DNA of 64,000 nucleotides from an uncultured Fibrobacterota bacterium (GCA_964586285.1 CAZPHU010000001.1:63463-127462); one strand, 5' to 3'; counted from the first letter of the stretch, positions 44,946 to 55,838 are shown. Notes: generated by a model from the letters alone, not told the origin. Made by a program: numbers and translations.

Positions 44946-46211
44946 CTATATCGAACGAGGCAAAAACACACTTACAGTAGTACCCTTATCGGGCATGCTG
45001 TCAACGGTAATATAGCCTGAATGGTAATCAATAAATTTTTTAACAATCGCAAGACCGAGTCCGGTACCGTTTTCCTTTGTAGTATGGAAAGGATCGAATA
45101 TTTTTTCAAGACGTGTCTTTTCGATACCCACCCCGTTATCCTTTATACGAAAACAGACATACTCACCGCGATTAACCGCGGCATCGATAGAAACGCATAA
45201 ATGCCCCCCGCCGCTCATTGCCTGAACCGCGTTGAGACACAGGTTCATTACAACCTGCTGCAGCTTCTCAGGATCAGCCCTGACAGTAAAATCTCCGCTT
45301 TGGGCATCCCAATCCTTTTGCACGCTTATCGCCCATTCGAGTCTCTCGATCTCTATCTCTACGAAATTTATGGTCTCGGTCAACAGATCACTCAGTGATA
45401 TGTTGCGCAACTCGGCCCTAATCGGCCTGCTGTAAACCAGAAGGTTGGAAACGATCTTATTGAGTCGCGATAGACCGTCGGTTATTTTCTTCAGCGTTTT
45501 GCGCCTGGGATCGTCAGCATCAAAATCCCGCTCAAGCAGTCCCGCCCAGACTCCCATTGCCCCCAGTGGATTGCGGATTTCATGAGCGACCGTTGCGGAC
45601 ATCTCACCAAGAACAGCCATTGTCCTGGTTCGTTGCATTTCCTCTTCCATGGCCTTGATTTGCGAGATATCACTGAAAATCTCCACCGCCCCCAACGATC
45701 GTCCACTCTGATCACGAAGCGCGCCGGTCTGATAAGAAACAGGAACAGGATACCCGTCCTTATGCCATATCACCTTTTCATCCCACTGATGTCCTTTACC
45801 GGTGGTCAGAACAGATGTCAACCAGTTGTCCTGATCATTCTCTTGGGGTTTGACGAAAGCCTCGGTATACGGCTTGCCGATCACCTCTGAGGGCAGGTAG
45901 CCGGTGATTTTGGAAGCAGCGCCGTTGAATTGGGTGACCCTGCCACTCATATCGATACCGATTACTCCACTGCTCATGCTCTCGAGGATGCTGTTGAGGT
46001 ATGTGCGGGTTTCCTCAAGTTGAGCCAGACTCGAGGCCAGTTCGTTATTTTTACTGTCCAGCTCAAGGTTTACTTTCTTGAAATCTTCCTGCATCCCCGC
46101 ATACGCCAGACTCAACTTTTCGGCCCGTTCCTGAAAAGCTGCAAACGCATTTTGTAAAGACTCGAACATATCGCCGGAAACCACCCGGCTTGCGTCATTA
46201 AGCTCGCTCAT
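44946..46211 (-). CDS. PAS-domain sensor histidine kinase, cytoplasmic
   Basis: A coiled coil is followed by PAS (GVIGIDMSGRVTQFNGAASKITGY), an H-box (ATVAHEIRNPL), N-box (NLCLNAVQAM), G1 (DNGVGI) and G2 (GTGLGLAIV). The exact start is uncertain (46229, 46211 or 46166). Confidence 0.85.
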   Translation of the reverse strand: MSELNDASRVVSGDMFESLQNAFAAFQERAEKLSLAYAGMQEDFKKVNLELDSKNNELASSLAQLEETRTYLNSILESMSSGVIGIDMSGRVTQFNGAASKITGYLPSEVIGKPYTEAFVKPQENDQDNWLTSVLTTGKGHQWDEKVIWHKDGYPVPVSYQTGALRDQSGRSLGAVEIFSDISQIKAMEEEMQRTRTMAVLGEMSATVAHEIRNPLGAMGVWAGLLERDFDADDPRRKTLKKITDGLSRLNKIVSNLLVYSRPIRAELRNISLSDLLTETINFVEIEIERLEWAISVQKDWDAQSGDFTVRADPEKLQQVVMNLCLNAVQAMSGGGHLCVSIDAAVNRGEYVCFRIKDNGVGIEKTRLEKIFDPFHTTKENGTGLGLAIVKKFIDYHSGYITVDSMPDKGTTVSVFLPRSI

Positions 46212-46602
46212 TACTCTTTTCTTCCCCACTGCTCATGAGATGCTCTAAATATCGCCTGACCTGATCCTCCGTTGAAAGAAACCGCTGAATTGACTTGCGT
46301 GTATTCTCAAATATCGAATCGAGTGTCTGAGCTTTTAAATCGTGTCGCATTTGATCTTTCTTCTCCTGCCAAATTCGGCTCTCCGTTGTCGATTGTTCCC
46401 GGACAGTCGATATTTGATCTAATAAAAGCTGTTTCTCCTCAAAAAGCGGCATTACCTTGTTTAAATCTCCCCGGGAAACGGAGAGCTGTCCGAGGATTCG
46501 CTGCCCAAGAGTAGTCAGCCTTCGATATAGTTCAAGCTGTCTGGTGTAAGATTCCGTAAGGTGGTCAATCAGCTCTTTGTGAGAAATATCATGCATAGGC
46601 AT
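46198..46602 (-). CDS. Hypothetical coiled-coil protein, possibly FlgN-like
   Basis: The ~134-aa helical protein (LIDHLTESYTRQLELYRRLTTLGQRIL...LFEEKQLLLDQI) lies between the TPR gene and the sensor kinase. The FlgN assignment rests on pattern resemblance only. Confidence 0.35.
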   Translation of the reverse strand: MPMHDISHKELIDHLTESYTRQLELYRRLTTLGQRILGQLSVSRGDLNKVMPLFEEKQLLLDQISTVREQSTTESRIWQEKKDQMRHDLKAQTLDSIFENTRKSIQRFLSTEDQVRRYLEHLMSSGEEKSNERA

Positions 46603-46618
46603 TCGGGTACATTCAGTG

Positions 46619-48619
46619 TTAGCGCAGGACCCCGCGGTACTCATTCTCCCAGACCGCATCTTCCATTTTCCATGCGGCCTGACGAGCCCAGTAATCGTCG
46701 GGGAACTTTTCCATTAATATTTTATACATTTTTATGGATCTGTCGTAATCGCCGGTGTTCTTATAGATGTTGGCGATCTGAAACAAACCCCAGGGAGTAT
46801 CCTGAAAATTGGGATATTTTCGCGTAACCAGCATATAGTTTTTCAAGGCCTCATCATACTCTTGATTTTCATAATAGTAGTCGGCCATCTTATAGTATGA
46901 ATCGGGTACACGCTCGTAAAGATTGTTTTTATTACCCTCGGATACAGCTTTTTGCAAAGCGGCTACTGCACGCTTCCCGTTTCCCAGCTCCAGATAGGTT
47001 GTTCCCTGCTTGTATAAAGAGTACACCTTGTCGGCGGGAGTAACAGCCTTCCGGCCTGCATATTCGTAAGCATCCACGGCCTTTCTTTGTTGATCCAGTT
47101 CATGGTATGTGTCCCCAAGTTTCTCATAAGCTTTTCCTATCCACTTATGACTTCGCTGACTCTGAATAAAGCGGCGAAACATCGGTTCGGCCTGGTTAAG
47201 CTCTTTTCTTTCGAAATATGACAGTGCTTTGAGAAATGTGCTCTGTGCGGCGACATCGTAGGTCGGATATCGATCGATTACTTGTTGAAACTGGTTTTCC
47301 GCCGCAGCATAGTTATTCAATTTCATGTAACAGATGCCGATATTGTAAAGCGAACGCGCCGCGACATCCCCGCGGGGATAGTCAATGAGTAACTTGCGAA
47401 ATTCCTCTATCGCCTTATCGTAATTACCCTTCTGAAAAGCACGCACTCCCCTGAGCATCGCCTGCCCCGGATCGGTCAAGGTATCCACGATGCTCATGGA
47501 TAGAAGCGAATCTATGCGTACCTGTACAGGTGCGATAGGCTTCTGCTCAGGGACTTTGCTGATTTCGCGGTGAAGCTCATCCTGGGCTAATTCGTTTATG
47601 TCTATGGTGACTTTCTCACGCTGAGACGGACTGAGAGCCTCACGATACTGTTGCAGCAACTTTTGCGCTTCACGCTTGCCGGGTTCATAATTGGTCTTAC
47701 GTATGTATTGCGCCAGATGTTTGATTGCCGGAGAGTACGCTTTTTCTTCTCCGTAAATCTTCCCTAGATAAAAATGCGCGTTATAACCCAGATCAGGGTA
47801 GCTTAAGGCGTTTTGAAAATTGACCTTAGCCATATTGTTGCGCCCCTGACGGCGGCGGATAAGGCCGGCGTAGTAGTAAGCTCCCGGATGTTCGGGTTGT
47901 TTTGAGATTGCTTTGCGAAGGTGTTCAAGTGATTTAGAAAATAAACGATCATCCCTGTTTTCGACTGCCTTTTGATATGCGGCTACTCCCTTGTGAAACT
48001 CTTGCTGAGCGATTCCTCTCCGGGCGGCAGCTGCGGAATTTGCGCCGCCGGAAGAACCTTTAGCCGGTGAATGCTTCTTTTTCGTTCCGGATGGAGAAAA
48101 AGAGGGCTCATCGGCAGAGGCGACGGTTGTCGTATCGTCGGTCGTGCCGCCATTGTTTCCAGTGCCGCCGGAACTAACTTTTCTGATCAAGCGATCAATC
48201 TGAAGCTGTATACTGTCACGCTCCTGCGGATCACTGGATTGCAGATAGTTCTGAAGCTCCTTGATCGCATTCTGATACTGCCTGTCGTCCTCATAAGCCG
48301 CCGCCAAAAGTTTGTAGGCTTTACCCCATCCGGGGTTATATACCAGCGCTTTTTTGAGGTTGTAGATGGCCAGACGCTGTCTTTTCTGCCGCATTCTTAT
48401 TTCGGCAATATGCATATATGCGTTGTAATTGTCGGGATAGGCAGCCAATACCTTCCTGAAAGATTCTATGGCCTGATCCTGCTTGTTCTCATTTTTATAC
48501 TTCACACCAAGCCGATAATGTACATAATCATGAGTCGTCTCGCTTTGCGCAATGGTATGCAACACCAAAAGCATCACAGCAAACACCGGAACCACCCTGA
48601 TCCAAAGCACTTTTTTCAT
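46619..48619 (-). CDS. Secreted TPR-repeat protein (~666 aa)
   Basis: After the signal peptide there are many TPR units (e.g. AIESFRKVLAAYPDNYNAYMHIAEI, AENQFQQVIDRYPTYDVA, ALKNYMLVTRKYPNFQD) and a Gly/Thr/Ser-rich linker. Confidence 0.75.
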   Translation of the reverse strand: MKKVLWIRVVPVFAVMLLVLHTIAQSETTHDYVHYRLGVKYKNENKQDQAIESFRKVLAAYPDNYNAYMHIAEIRMRQKRQRLAIYNLKKALVYNPGWGKAYKLLAAAYEDDRQYQNAIKELQNYLQSSDPQERDSIQLQIDRLIRKVSSGGTGNNGGTTDDTTTVASADEPSFSPSGTKKKHSPAKGSSGGANSAAAARRGIAQQEFHKGVAAYQKAVENRDDRLFSKSLEHLRKAISKQPEHPGAYYYAGLIRRRQGRNNMAKVNFQNALSYPDLGYNAHFYLGKIYGEEKAYSPAIKHLAQYIRKTNYEPGKREAQKLLQQYREALSPSQREKVTIDINELAQDELHREISKVPEQKPIAPVQVRIDSLLSMSIVDTLTDPGQAMLRGVRAFQKGNYDKAIEEFRKLLIDYPRGDVAARSLYNIGICYMKLNNYAAAENQFQQVIDRYPTYDVAAQSTFLKALSYFERKELNQAEPMFRRFIQSQRSHKWIGKAYEKLGDTYHELDQQRKAVDAYEYAGRKAVTPADKVYSLYKQGTTYLELGNGKRAVAALQKAVSEGNKNNLYERVPDSYYKMADYYYENQEYDEALKNYMLVTRKYPNFQDTPWGLFQIANIYKNTGDYDRSIKMYKILMEKFPDDYWARQAAWKMEDAVWENEYRGVLR

Positions 48620-48858
48620 AACTTCTTGTTCTTCCAAACCGTTTTAACTATCCCGATCATTCCCCTGCATATAAGAGATGTCGAAGAAACTAAACAGGCG
48701 CTGATTCATCTCTACTGATAAGTATAGTATCCCGGAAATGCATTGTAAACCGTTAAATCCATGCTATACGAGCATTAAAGTACGACATAAGGTAATGTGC
48801 GAATCGCCCGGAGAAAATCGCTCGTTTCGGTTAATTTGTTTTACCGGATGAACTCAAT

Positions 48859-50226
48859 CTACACCTTTGCAAACACCAATCTATTCTCTTTAACGGTTAC
48901 CAGGATATTTGTCATAAGTGTGTTTATCAGCTTTCGCTTCTCACCGTACTGAATGATTGTATTGGGTTGAATCTCCTCGGCATGAATCGACGGTCCCGTC
49001 CTGTTTTGCCACCCGGCTTTAAGCTGCTCAACTGTCTCGGAAAGATGATTATACTCTTTCTGAATGCCGTAAATGTGTGATTTTAGCTCGTTTACTTTCA
49101 TTTCTTCATTATGCGGCAACTTTCCTGAATCATTCATCCCGTGGCGGACAAGAAGAAAAAGTTCTTCCTTGCAATTTTGTATTTCGGAAGCCAGATGACC
49201 CATTTCTTTCATTCGTGATTCGATTGATTGGACAATCTCCGCCTGCGCCCCGATATCAAGAAATGTTTTCGTTTCAGTTGCCGCTCCTATTGTCTTAATA
49301 AATATTTCATCGGCTACACTGATTCTGCCGCCAAGAACCGTCTGAGCACGAAAACTTCCACCGGCGCTGATTTTACTGTTTATACAGTGTTCAATAAAGG
49401 TAATGTCGGATTTTGCGTCAATCGTACAATTTTCTGCATACCGCGCCTTCAAAGATCCACCACAGCTGATTTGGGCGCGACTTCCTCCCACGATTCCACC
49501 CACAACGCGGCAGTTACCGCCGCATTCGATCTCTGCCTCCTCGATACTTCCTTTTACAGTCAAGTTACCGTCTACCTGAACAGTGAACCCGCTTTTGACG
49601 GTTCCGCAGATCTCCAGATCGCCCTTGAATTTCACGTTTCCGGTGCTGTAATCTACATCACCGTTAATGGCCCTTTTTGTTACCACCGAAACAATCCCAT
49701 CGGGACTTATGCTTAAAGCCCCATTTTCACAGGCTACAAGCGTGCTCGGATCATTTTGCGCAAATGAGACATTTTCACCGGGCTTTATGGTTGATTTTTT
49801 CGATAAAGGAGCCTCGATTGGTTCACCCCTGACGTTTAATCCGGCAATTCCCTTCTCAGGAGGTATGATCCGCAAAAGAGGAGTTCCTTTACTTACGTTG
49901 ACAATGGCGTGAAGCTCTTTATGATCGACTCTTCCATTCATGAGTTCCCGAGGTTTACCCCGGGACTGATTATCCACCAAAAACTCAACTTCAGCATCAC
50001 GGCCGGGCACGGCAGCTTTTCCTCTTGCAACTACGATCCGCCTTCCATGAACTTTCTCCTCACACATTTGCATCAAGGCTGCCTTGTCGATGCCTGCGCG
50101 TATACCCTTTTGTTTTAAAAATTCATGCACGATCTGAACATCAGGATAGCTCTCATTATCGGCCACTTGTATTTCAAGATACGCCTCAAGTGCATTGGGG
50201 GACAAAGTTACACGAAAATTTGCCAT
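48859..50226 (-). CDS. FapA-like (DUF342) protein
   Basis: The start FRVTLSPNALEAYLEI and the central beta-helix-like repeats (GDVDYSTGNVKFKGDLEICGTVKSGFTVQVDGNLTVKGSIEEAEIECGGNCRVVGGIVG...) are typical of DUF342/FapA. Confidence 0.75.
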   Translation of the reverse strand: MANFRVTLSPNALEAYLEIQVADNESYPDVQIVHEFLKQKGIRAGIDKAALMQMCEEKVHGRRIVVARGKAAVPGRDAEVEFLVDNQSRGKPRELMNGRVDHKELHAIVNVSKGTPLLRIIPPEKGIAGLNVRGEPIEAPLSKKSTIKPGENVSFAQNDPSTLVACENGALSISPDGIVSVVTKRAINGDVDYSTGNVKFKGDLEICGTVKSGFTVQVDGNLTVKGSIEEAEIECGGNCRVVGGIVGGSRAQISCGGSLKARYAENCTIDAKSDITFIEHCINSKISAGGSFRAQTVLGGRISVADEIFIKTIGAATETKTFLDIGAQAEIVQSIESRMKEMGHLASEIQNCKEELFLLVRHGMNDSGKLPHNEEMKVNELKSHIYGIQKEYNHLSETVEQLKAGWQNRTGPSIHAEEIQPNTIIQYGEKRKLINTLMTNILVTVKENRLVFAKV

Positions 50227-50228
50227 GA

Positions 50229-51212
50229 CTACTCTTTCGATGGATCAAGAGGAGAATCGGTGTTCAGATACTTTTGCACATAATCTTCAATCGCCTGCTC
50301 CAGACTCATACATTTATGATCACAGCCGGCATCACGAAGTTTTTGCATCGTCGCGCATGTGTAGTATTGATACTTGCCGCGAAGGTGCTCCGGCATCGGA
50401 ATGTAGCGAATATCAGGTTTTTTACCCACTGAAGAAAAGATCGCACGGGCCACATCGTTCCAGGAGCGAGCCTCTCCGGTACCGATATTGAAAATTCCGC
50501 CAATCTGGGGATTATCGTAAAAAAACATCGTCATGGCTACAGCGTCTTTGACATACAAAAAATCACGTTTCTGTTCTCCGTCGGCATACTCCTCACGATG
50601 CGATGAAAACAGATTCATGACACCTTCATCCCTGACAATCGGATATGCCTTGTTTATCACACTGCGCATATCCCCTTTGTGCCCTTCATTGGGACCGAAG
50701 ACGTTGAAGAATTTTAATCCTACGATCTTCTCAAGCCATCCCTCTTTCATTGCCAATAGATCGAAAAGGTGTTTTGAGTATCCGTACATGTTAAGAGGTC
50801 GCAGACTCGGCAGCAGAGCTTCATCATCGATATATCCCTGATCGCCATTCCCATAGGTTGCGGCGCTGGATGCGTAAACAAACCGACATCCGTTGGAAAG
50901 AGCCCAGTCGGCGATTCTTGACGTATACCTGAAGTTGTTTTCCATCAAATAATCGGCATTGCGCTCCGTGGTTGCCGAGCAGGCTCCCATATGGAAGATC
51001 GCCTCGAGTTCACCGGCAAAGGCACCTTTTTCCAGCGCATCGATAAACACCGACCGATCCAGGTAATTGCGAAACCTCAACGGCACCATGTTTCGCCACT
51101 TTTCAGATTCGCCAAGATGATCTACAATCAGGATATCTTCAATCCCTCGTTTGTTGAGTTCCCATACGATTGCACTCCCTATGAATCCGGCACCTCCGGT
51201 TACTACTATCAT
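50229..51212 (-). CDS. hldD: ADP-L-glycero-D-manno-heptose 6-epimerase
   Basis: MIVVTGGAGFIGSAIVWELNKRG, AIFHMGACS, YASSAATYG, NMYGYSK, FFNVFGPNEGHKG and FNIGTGEARSW align closely with E. coli HldD/RfaD as I recall it. Confidence 0.9.
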   Translation of the reverse strand: MIVVTGGAGFIGSAIVWELNKRGIEDILIVDHLGESEKWRNMVPLRFRNYLDRSVFIDALEKGAFAGELEAIFHMGACSATTERNADYLMENNFRYTSRIADWALSNGCRFVYASSAATYGNGDQGYIDDEALLPSLRPLNMYGYSKHLFDLLAMKEGWLEKIVGLKFFNVFGPNEGHKGDMRSVINKAYPIVRDEGVMNLFSSHREEYADGEQKRDFLYVKDAVAMTMFFYDNPQIGGIFNIGTGEARSWNDVARAIFSSVGKKPDIRYIPMPEHLRGKYQYYTCATMQKLRDAGCDHKCMSLEQAIEDYVQKYLNTDSPLDPSKE

Positions 51213-51608
51213 TTGCGGCTACCCCTTTCAACTCCACGGAAAGAAACCATTTTTGCTACGGTTAAAGCGGCTGTCCAAATCTGAATCAAGCCTGTATGAA
51301 CAAAAAAATAAGAAAAGGTACGGGATTCGCCCATCAAAAATGCTTCCGCTTCCATTTGGGGGTGACCGATAATCATTTTCGGCATGATTTAAGTTCTGTT
51401 AATGCTGACTGATATTGTATTTTTCCATTACTTATTTTCTGTTCAGAAAAAGTACTTCACCGATCTCATGCCGGTATCCTGCCTTCCCCTCCACCCGCAA
51501 GCGGTAGGACGGGAAGGATCACAGATGAATCAGTTGTGGTTATTCTGAACAGATACTACTTAAGTATTATATGTCTGCCTCCAAAATTCAATTCTTTTGA
51601 AAGTCGCT

Positions 51609-52346
51609 ATGATTCAATGTCCCAAGTGCGGAAATATGAACGTTTTCCAATCGATTGCTTACGAGTGTCGGATCTGCGGAACTCTGATTCCCCATGTTAA
51701 ACCAACTGCCCGGCCAACTAATCCGGTAGCCTGGGATAATTTCGAAAACACGGGAGTCGTACAGGCTTTGGTACAGACAATCTATGATGCGATATTACAT
51801 CCTTTTCGATTCAGCAAAAATGTCGCGGATAAGGAAGACTTTGTTAAAGCCGTCATTTTTGCATTGCTCATCGGCTCAGCGACAACTCTGATAACGACTC
51901 TTCTTTCGCTGCGGTTTTCCCATCCGATATTTGGTTTTTCCACCGGAGATTACCTCTCCGCTGCAAAAAATCTGATTTACTCCCCTGCCGGCATGTTATT
52001 ACGCATACTTTTTACAGGCCTGTACGTGCACATGATGCTTTATATCGCGGGACATAGATCCAGACCGCTTGGTTCGACTCTGCGTATTGTCAGCTACGCA
52101 CATGCGGTTTTCTTTCTTTCTATATTGCCCTTTTTCGGAGTTTTTGCATCTACGGTTCTTTTTTTGTACGTTCTTTTGACGTCATCTGCCTTTGCACACA
52201 AGATAAGCCCGGTAAAAACGGCATTCATTCTTGTGATGCCACTATTGATTTTCCTTACATTCGCGACGCTTTCACTTATTTTTGCGGCCGGGACAGGTCT
52301 TTTTATCACCGATTTGATTACAGAGCTGATTTTTTCGTTACAATAA
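51609..52346 (+). CDS. Yip1-like multi-pass membrane protein with an N-terminal zinc ribbon
   Basis: CPKCGN...CRICGT forms a zinc ribbon. It is followed by the conserved cytoplasmic stretch and 5 TMs typical of Yip1-domain proteins. Confidence 0.6.
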   Translation: MIQCPKCGNMNVFQSIAYECRICGTLIPHVKPTARPTNPVAWDNFENTGVVQALVQTIYDAILHPFRFSKNVADKEDFVKAVIFALLIGSATTLITTLLSLRFSHPIFGFSTGDYLSAAKNLIYSPAGMLLRILFTGLYVHMMLYIAGHRSRPLGSTLRIVSYAHAVFFLSILPFFGVFASTVLFLYVLLTSSAFAHKISPVKTAFILVMPLLIFLTFATLSLIFAAGTGLFITDLITELIFSLQ

Positions 52347-52405
52347 GATACAATCAGATAGAAATCCAAGAATTTGCTTAGAACCTGGAAGAAAGAAAAT
52401 CTAGT

Positions 52406-52666
52406 ATGGCCAGTAGTATAAATATGCTTCTAGATGTCACCATGCCCATTTCGGTCCAGCTGGGGCAGACACGCATGACTATCCGGGAGCTGTTGAACCT
52501 CAAGAAAGGAAGTCTTGTTCAGCTCAACCGTATGGCCGGTGAACCTGCAGATGTATCCATAAACAACAAGATGCTGGCAAAGGGAGAAATTACAGTTGTC
52601 GATGATCGTTTGGCGGTAAGAATAGGAATACTGTATGGAGCACGGGAGAAGTTTAAACATCTTTAA
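52406..52666 (+). CDS. fliN: Flagellar motor switch protein FliN (SpoA domain only)
   Basis: LLDVTMPISVQLGQTRMTIRELLNLKKGSLVQLNRMAGEPADVSINNKMLAKGEITVVDDRLAVRI is a canonical FliN/SpoA domain. Confidence 0.8.
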   Translation: MASSINMLLDVTMPISVQLGQTRMTIRELLNLKKGSLVQLNRMAGEPADVSINNKMLAKGEITVVDDRLAVRIGILYGAREKFKHL

Positions 52667-52775
52667 CAGCCTTGCGCGGATTTTTTTCGGAATGTATTTA
52701 TAAGATCGATTTAAAGGGAGATTTCATTCGACTGATATAGCCAAAAACTCCTTTTCCGCCGCAAAGTTTCCCAAA

Positions 52776-55700
52776 ATGACTGAAAAATTTCCGCTCCTGC
52801 CGATAGCCATTCTTTATTTGTGCTTATGCGGCTTTCCGATTTGTGCTCATGAAGGTGCGATCAACCCCTCCCCATCGATTCTGTACCTTAACTCCTACCA
52901 TCATGGATTGGAGTGGTCCGATAATGTTTACAGCGGGTTTATGAGAGAAATAGAAGATTCTCCGCTGCATATTCGTGTTTCCGCGGAATACATGGATTCA
53001 AAATTCCATAGTAACAGATCAGTCGATTCACTTCTTCTTATGATGCTGCTCAGAAAGCACGCCCAAAATCCTCCCCAGCTTATCGTCACCTCCGATAACA
53101 ACGCTTTGAATTTTGTAACAAAATACCGCGATGAATTCTTCCCAAATGCTCCGCTGGTATTCTGCGGAATTAATTACGTGTCCGGCGCCAGACCAAGAAT
53201 TCCCAACTCCACCGGAATATATGAAGATATTTCAGCCGTCAAAACCATTGAAATGATTAGAAAATTACATCCTCTGACACAGACAATTGTTTTTATCAGT
53301 GACACAACTTACACCGGACGCATTCTTCAAAGACGAGCGCTCGCCGACACTCTTCTTTTTAGCGGTACAGTTTCTTTTGATACCATTTCGGCCGAACCAA
53401 CCGACAGCTTTGTAAGAAAGTTAAGTTCCATTCCTCAAAATGCCGCCATTATCATACTTTCAACATACCGCAATCGACATGGACAGTATGTATCCGTCAG
53501 AAAAGCGAATGAGTTCATAGCAGAGTATTCTTCGGCGCCGGTTTACAGTTTATGGGAGCACCGAATCACCGGCGGTGTGATTGGAGGATATGTTCTTCAG
53601 GATGCAAAGCATGGTAAGAAGGCCGCGAAGATTGTGCGGCGGGTGCTTTCAGGTGCCCACGCGGATGATATACCTTTTCAGGTAGACTCTGTGGTCAAGC
53701 CGGTTATAGATTTTTATGCCGCCAAGGCAAAAGGCTTGAAACTTACCGACCTGCCAAACGAGTATACGATTTACAACCGGCCGGTTCCCATCTATGAGAA
53801 GTACCGTCCTTATGTTTTGGGAGCCTTATTCGTTTTTGCTTTCCAAACGATGATCGTGGTGACACTTCTATTAAACATTTCCCGGCGTAAACGTGCCGAA
53901 AAGCACTTGGCCGAAAACGAATCGTACACACGAGACATCATAGCAAATGCACCGGTTCCGATGGCGGTTGTAAACCGTAACGGGAACTTTGAGATGATAA
54001 ACAAAAAAGTCACCGAAGTTTACGGATACACGATTGAGGAAATACCCGGTATTCTCAGTGGGCTGGAAAATGTCTATGCCGACGGTGAGAACCGTGAAAA
54101 AATGATAGCAAACTACAAAGCGCAAGATAATGAGCAGTTCTTTCAAGGTGGTCCCGAATGTGTCTCCATTCGCTGCAAAGACGGTTCAATAAGGTATGTG
54201 GAATTCTACTTTCGAAAGGCTCACTACGACCGCTACATACTGGTTGTCCACGATATAACCAGTCAGCGTGAGGCGGAAAAAGCACTACGGGAAAGTGAGC
54301 GTGAATTGAGAATGATGTTTGAAAATCATTCCGCGATTCTGTATTTAGTGGATTTTGAGACTCTGGCCATTATTGACGTAAACGAGGCAGCTTGTGCGTT
54401 CTACGGATACTCGCGTGAGCAGTTCAAGAGCATGCATGTATATGATATAAATGTAGATAGTGCCTTGGAAATCCGCAAAAAAATCACCGTCCTGAACAAC
54501 AGAGGAACCGGCTCTACATACGTAAAGCATCGACTTGCAAACGGCGATATTCGCGACATGGAAATACGCGCATCACTTATCGAGCCAAGCGAAAAAAGAA
54601 AGTACTACTTCATTATCGGCTACGATATCACAGAGCGTATTCGCATGGAAGAGCAATTGCGCCACACCGAAAAGATGAGTGTTGTCGGTCGTCTGGCGGG
54701 TGGAATCGCGCACGATTTCAACAATCAACTCACCGGAATTTTAGGCACTGCCGATCTTCTTCGCAGCAGTTTCGATACACAGAGTGATCACTATGCCTTG
54801 GCGGAAGTGATATTTAAATCGGCTCGGAACGCATCCACTTTAACTCATCAGCTGCTTACTTTTGCAAGAAAAGGCAAACAGCGAAATGAGATGGTCGACA
54901 TCCATCAAACACTCCTCGAAACTCTTACGCTCTTTTCACATAGTGTTACAAAAAAAGTCACTATCGTACAAGATTTTAAGGCCCCTTTGTCAAAGATAAC
55001 GGGCGATCATGCTCAACTCCAAAATGCATTTCTGAACCTGGCAATAAACGCCCGTGATGCATTTGACACAGGCAGGGGGACTATTGTTTTCACAACACGT
55101 AACTGTGAGATAAGAGATGAGGACATCTCCCGTGATACTTACCTTTCGGAACTCTCCCCCGGGTCATATATATTAGTACGCGTATCCGATACCGGCAGAG
55201 GAATAGATCCCGAAGTTTTAAAACACGTATTCGAGCCTTTCTTTTCAACAAAGTCTCCCGACAAAGGAACGGGAATGGGATTATCCGCCGCATACGGTAC
55301 AGTCAAGAACCATAACGGCGCAATACGAATAGAGAGCAAAATCGGGAAGGGCACTACTGTCTCGATATACCTTCCTCTACATTCGAATATCGCGGGTAAA
55401 CGCGTTGAGACTTCCAAACATCAACCACAACCAAACACTGCCGGCAAGCCCGGGAAAACGATACTCGTGGTGGATGATGAAGAAATCATACGTATTACGG
55501 CAAAAAGTCTGTTAAACTGTATCGGGTATACTTCAATACTATGCAGCAACGGAAAAGATGCCGTCGAAAGATTTAAATTAAGCGGTAATGAAATCGATTT
55601 GGTTTTGATTGATATGATAATGCCTGGTCTGGACGGTGCTGAAACCATTTCCCAACTCAGGAAAATTAATCCCCTGCTGCCGGCAGTCATCTCCTCCGGA

Positions 55701-55838
55701 TACAGCGAAAGCTCCATTCAGAATCTTGTCGATAATAGATATACCTTTTCCATTCAAAAGCCTTACACGCTTTCCGAATTGAAACAAAAATTGGCAATCG
55801 TTTTCTCTTTATCGACTTCGACACCCGATATTGCATAG
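52776..55838 (+). CDS. Hybrid sensor histidine kinase: periplasmic ABC-substrate-binding-like sensor, TM, 2x PAS, HisKA, HATPase, REC
   Basis: The periplasmic domain starts [24 protein letters not shown] modules are present, as are the H-box ([17 protein letters not shown]), G boxes (DTGRGID, GTGMGLS) and REC (ILVVDDEE...[14 protein letters not shown]). Confidence 0.9.
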   Translation: MTEKFPLLPIAILYLCLCGFPICAHEGAINPSPSILYLNSYHHGLEWSDNVYSGFMREIEDSPLHIRVSAEYMDSKFHSNRSVDSLLLMMLLRKHAQNPPQLIVTSDNNALNFVTKYRDEFFPNAPLVFCGINYVSGARPRIPNSTGIYEDISAVKTIEMIRKLHPLTQTIVFISDTTYTGRILQRRALADTLLFSGTVSFDTISAEPTDSFVRKLSSIPQNAAIIILSTYRNRHGQYVSVRKANEFIAEYSSAPVYSLWEHRITGGVIGGYVLQDAKHGKKAAKIVRRVLSGAHADDIPFQVDSVVKPVIDFYAAKAKGLKLTDLPNEYTIYNRPVPIYEKYRPYVLGALFVFAFQTMIVVTLLLNISRRKRAEKHLAENESYTRDIIANAPVPMAVVNRNGNFEMINKKVTEVYGYTIEEIPGILSGLENVYADGENREKMIANYKAQDNEQFFQGGPECVSIRCKDGSIRYVEFYFRKAHYDRYILVVHDITSQREAEKALRESERELRMMFENHSAILYLVDFETLAIIDVNEAACAFYGYSREQFKSMHVYDINVDSALEIRKKITVLNNRGTGSTYVKHRLANGDIRDMEIRASLIEPSEKRKYYFIIGYDITERIRMEEQLRHTEKMSVVGRLAGGIAHDFNNQLTGILGTADLLRSSFDTQSDHYALAEVIFKSARNASTLTHQLLTFARKGKQRNEMVDIHQTLLETLTLFSHSVTKKVTIVQDFKAPLSKITGDHAQLQNAFLNLAINARDAFDTGRGTIVFTTRNCEIRDEDISRDTYLSELSPGSYILVRVSDTGRGIDPEVLKHVFEPFFSTKSPDKGTGMGLSAAYGTVKNHNGAIRIESKIGKGTTVSIYLPLHSNIAGKRVETSKHQPQPNTAGKPGKTILVVDDEEIIRITAKSLLNCIGYTSILCSNGKDAVERFKLSGNEIDLVLIDMIMPGLDGAETISQLRKINPLLPAVISSGYSESSIQNLVDNRYTFSIQKPYTLSELKQKLAIVFSLSTSTPDIA

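Noticed and set aside
48071-48718. 215-aa plus-strand ORF. The same applies to shadows at 7467-7994, 20074-20586, 40272-40769, 42557-43090, 49228-49716, 60670-61056 and 61639-62382.
   Set aside because: Each lies fully inside a well-supported gene on the other strand.
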